From Mobula birostris (Eukaryota), in contig NC_092398.1 in the NCBI RefSeq assembly GCF_030028105.1, positions 28,986,424-29,050,423 of the forward strand: a DNA stretch of 64,000 nucleotides, written 5' to 3'. Below, piece by piece: positions 60,785-64,000 of the stretch. The notes beneath the pieces were generated by a model. That model saw only the letters and a list, made by a program, of their open reading frames with translations. It was not told where the DNA came from and searched no databases. How positions within the stretch are numbered: the first letter of the stretch is position 1; each line of letters begins with the position of its first letter. Made by a program: the position numbers and the translations under genes.

Positions 60785-63673
60785 CTAGGAAAATCAGTAA
60801 AACTGAGATCAGAACATATTACAGCACAGAGCATTTTAGCCACAGTTGTTGGTCAGAAGATATTACAGCAGAGAGCAACTTGGCCACAGTTGTTTGCATT
60901 TTATTGTCTTCACCAGACTTCTCTAGTCTTGGTCCAATACAACAGCAGAGAATGGCCCCTTGTCGAAGAAGGATGTGCTGGGTTTGAACCCAGGTCACTG
61001 GCAGTTAAAGTGTTATGTTACCTGCCAGTTAGACTGCTGGAATGTGCCGGTTGTCTTATGAGAAAGGGTCAGACAGGCTGGGCTTGTATCCACTGAGGTC
61101 AGAAGTGTCCTAATTGGCTTATTACGATACACCGAGGGAGAGTAAAAAGTATTTGTGAGCCTGATATCCAAACCATCATTCCATATATACAAGGTAGTTC
61201 AAAAGCAAGTACTTGGGAGAACTCGTGGAGGGTTCCCTTAGTGTTAATTTGTCGATTGAATCAATGGTAAGGGAGGAAAATGCAATGTCAGCTTTCCTTT
61301 CCTATGGACTTGAATATGAAAGCAGGAATCTATTGCCGGGCCTCATTAGGCACTGATCAAATCCTCACTTGAAGTATTATGAGCAGTTTTGGGCCTCTTA
61401 TCTAAGAAAGGATGTACCGGAATTAGAGAGGGCCCAGAGGAGGTTCATGAGAATCATCCCAGGAAGGAAAGTACGAGCCAAGAGAAAACACAAATCCGAG
61501 GTGCAAAGGGAATTGGAGGTCCCCGAACAGGATTCCCGAAAGGTTAATTTGCAGGCTGAGTCAGGAAGGCAAGTGCAGTGTTACCACTCTTTTATGCTGA
61601 GGCTTCATAAGAGATTGGTCTTACGCAGTTTGAGTATTGGAGAGGGTCCGAATGAGGATAACGAGAATGATCCTGACAATGCACGGGTTAACATATGATG
61701 AGAATTTGATGGCTCTGGGCCTGTACTTGGTGGAATTTAGCAGAATGATGGGGGTGGATGTGTCATTCAATCCTATCAAATACTGAAAAGCCTAGACAGA
61801 GTGGACGTGGAGAGGATGTTTCCTCTAATGGGGGAGTCGAGCACCAGAGGACACAGCCTCAGAATAGAAGGACATCCTTTTAGAACAGAGATGAGAAGGA
61901 ATTTCTTTAGGTAAGTCCCTGAATTCATTGCCACAGACTGCTCTGGAGGCCACATCACTGGGTAGATTTAAAGATGAAGTTGAAAGGTTCTTGATTATTA
62001 AGGGTGTCAAAGGTTATGGGGAGAAGGCAGAAATACGGGGTTGAGTGGATAATAAATTAGCCATGAAATGCCTAAGCAGGTTCAATAGGCCAAATGGACT
62101 AATTCTGCTCCTATAATTTATGATCTTATGGTGATCAGCATGGTCCACTTGGACAGAAGTGCACATATCTGTATTACTCCATGACTGATGTAGAAAGTGG
62201 AGATACTGATCCTCACCAGGTTACAGCAGGATTCTGTTCCTGTGAAACAATCGTAACCTGAATGGGTTGAAAATGTGAACCAGATCACCCAATCATGTGG
62301 CAGCAACTCAATGCATCAAAGCATGCAGACATGGCCAAGAGGTCCAGTTGTTGTTCAGACCAAACATCAGATTGGGGAAGAAATGTGATCTGAGTGACTT
62401 TCACCATGGAACCTAGTCAAGATGGTGCCTGTGTACAACGTCCCGCTGGTCAACGTCTATCAGATAGTCAACGAATCTGTTTATTTCACTTCTTTTACGT
62501 CTGCTTTTCATCTGAAATGTGTTTCTGGAACTGTTAAGAGCCTGTGATTTACAGTTTAGAGATCAATTGAGTGACCTAGTGCTTTGCTGTCTCCGGGAAG
62601 ATTCCAGGAAGCTCAAACAGCCTCAAGGCGAAACAGCTTAAAGATAAGGCAGGGGCCAATGATCGACTCCATTTTGCTGAGTAAAGTGTTGAGGAAGATT
62701 GAATCTGAGGCAACTGCTTGCCTTTTGATTGCAGGGATGGACTTCTCTGCTGTGTGGTGCCTTTCACTCTTTGTTGTTGGAGGGCAGGCCTCCGCGTTTG
62801 AGTGTTCTCTCTCTCTCTCTCTCTCTCTCGCTCGCTGTTGGTCAGAGGATATTACCAGGTTCTGAATTTATGAATTGGACTATGGACTTCCAGTCTTATG
62901 ATTTTTATATTCTATGTTTTCCCCTGTTCTTTCACCTTGTTATTGCAGAGCATGTTTTGTTAGTTTTTTTTTTACATGAGGGAGTGGGATTTAGATGGGT
63001 TGATGTTCTTGTAGCATTTTGATTTTTTTGTGCAGGGTGGGGGTTTGATGTTCCTGTTCAGTTTTGATTTTTTTGTGCAGTGGAGGGGTGGGGGTTTGAT
63101 GTTTATCTTTGAATGACTTCCATGGATTTCTTTTTTTCATGGCTATCTGGAGAAATGAATCTCAGAGTTGAATAATGAACACATAGTTTGATAATAAATG
63201 AACTTTTGAACGATGCTGATGCACGACGGGGTGGTTTGAGTATCTCAGAAATTGTTGAGCTCCCGGGATTTTCAGGGACAAGTCTCGAGAGTTTAAAGTG
63301 AACAGTGTGAAAAACAAACAAAAAAAAATCATTTACTGAGTGGCAGTTGTGGGCAAAAGTGCCTTGTTAGTGAGATTTCAGAGGAGAATGGCCAGACTGG
63401 TTCACGCTAACAGGAACACGACAGTAACTGAAAGAACCGCCTGATACAATGTTGGTGTGCGGAAGAGCGTCACTGAACGCAAACATTTCCAACCTTGAAG
63501 CGGATGAGCTACAGCAGCATAAGACCACAACCTTACACTCAATGGTCACTTTATTATGTAGAGGAGGTGCCTGATAAAGTGGCCACTGAGTGTATAATAT
63601 AGTGTTGGACAGAGTGTGAACCAGATCATCACCAGTACACTGCACCCCAAATTACTCAGACTCTGAGCCTTAC

Positions 63674-63955
63674 CCCAAACTGCATGCAGCTTGTCAGGGA
63701 CGCTCAAATGCTCGATTTCACAAGTGTAAGTGTCACCCTTCCCGGGGTCAATTTCGACCTGTAGCCGGACTTGGAACGTCCTATCCCAGTTGGGTAAAAT
63801 TCTCGTCATTAGCACTTCCTGATCGATCGCCACACCATTCCGCAGCCACGTTGCATGGATTTTCTTGGGATAAAATCCATGCACTTGGCATGTCAGGGCC
63901 AAGGTATTCTCTCTGTTCTTCATGTGTCTTGAGGTTATTGTGATAGTTGGCTTCG
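63674..63955 (-). CDS. WB: MHC beta-chain (W-category WB-like) beta2 Ig-C1 exon; beta1 and leader exons lie right of the window
   Basis: ttctgtccactgcag acceptor, G|gtaagg donor, 282 nt, phase 1-1: AKPTITITSRHMKNRENTLALTCQVHGFYPKKIHATWLRNGVAIDQEVLMTRILPNWDRTFQVRLQVEIDPGKGDTYTCEIEHLSVPDKLHAVW. A class I alpha3 exon cannot be excluded without the upstream exons. Confidence 0.82.
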
Positions 63956-64000
63956 CTGCAGTGGACAGAAACACATTGAAGCTGAACTTGGTTACGGGAT

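Noticed and set aside
62217-62239. 23-nt micro-exon-like segment on - (tttcacag…|gtgagg) in the WB beta2-TM intron
   Set aside because: Inclusion would shift the frame before the TM exon; the flanking exons already join in frame.
1-64000. CRISPR arrays, rRNA genes or prokaryotic operons
   Set aside because: None seen. The window is spliced vertebrate DNA, and its tandem repeats lack unique spacers.

Overview
Repeat-dense vertebrate genomic DNA. The CR1, RTE, Rex/Babar, Penelope-like, Tc1 and SINE content points to a cartilaginous fish, probably a ray (inference). Hidden among the repeats is a cluster of non-classical MHC genes that the ORF track does not assemble. (1) A complete 4-exon class II-type alpha-chain gene on + (36268-45535, 264 aa) has an Ig domain carrying beta2-microglobulin signature residues (LYS, LSFGKDW), which fits MHC W-category WA. 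(2) The 3' half of a beta-chain gene on - (Ig exon 63674-63955, TM exon 60683-60784, tail 60557-60603) has a class I alpha3-type P-N-x-D-x-T-F-Q motif, which fits WB. (3) The 5' half of a second, very divergent alpha-type gene lies on - (leader 9781-9841, alpha1 exon 585-857). (4) A decayed beta1/class I alpha2-like exon with FGYDGKD lies on - (31226-31535), head-to-head with gene 1. Orphan minus-strand exons (16-18 kb; 51-52 kb), a 33-bp VNTR abutting the WA CpG-island promoter and several nested transposon stacks complete the window. All exon calls come from manual translation and splice-site reading; no database search was run.
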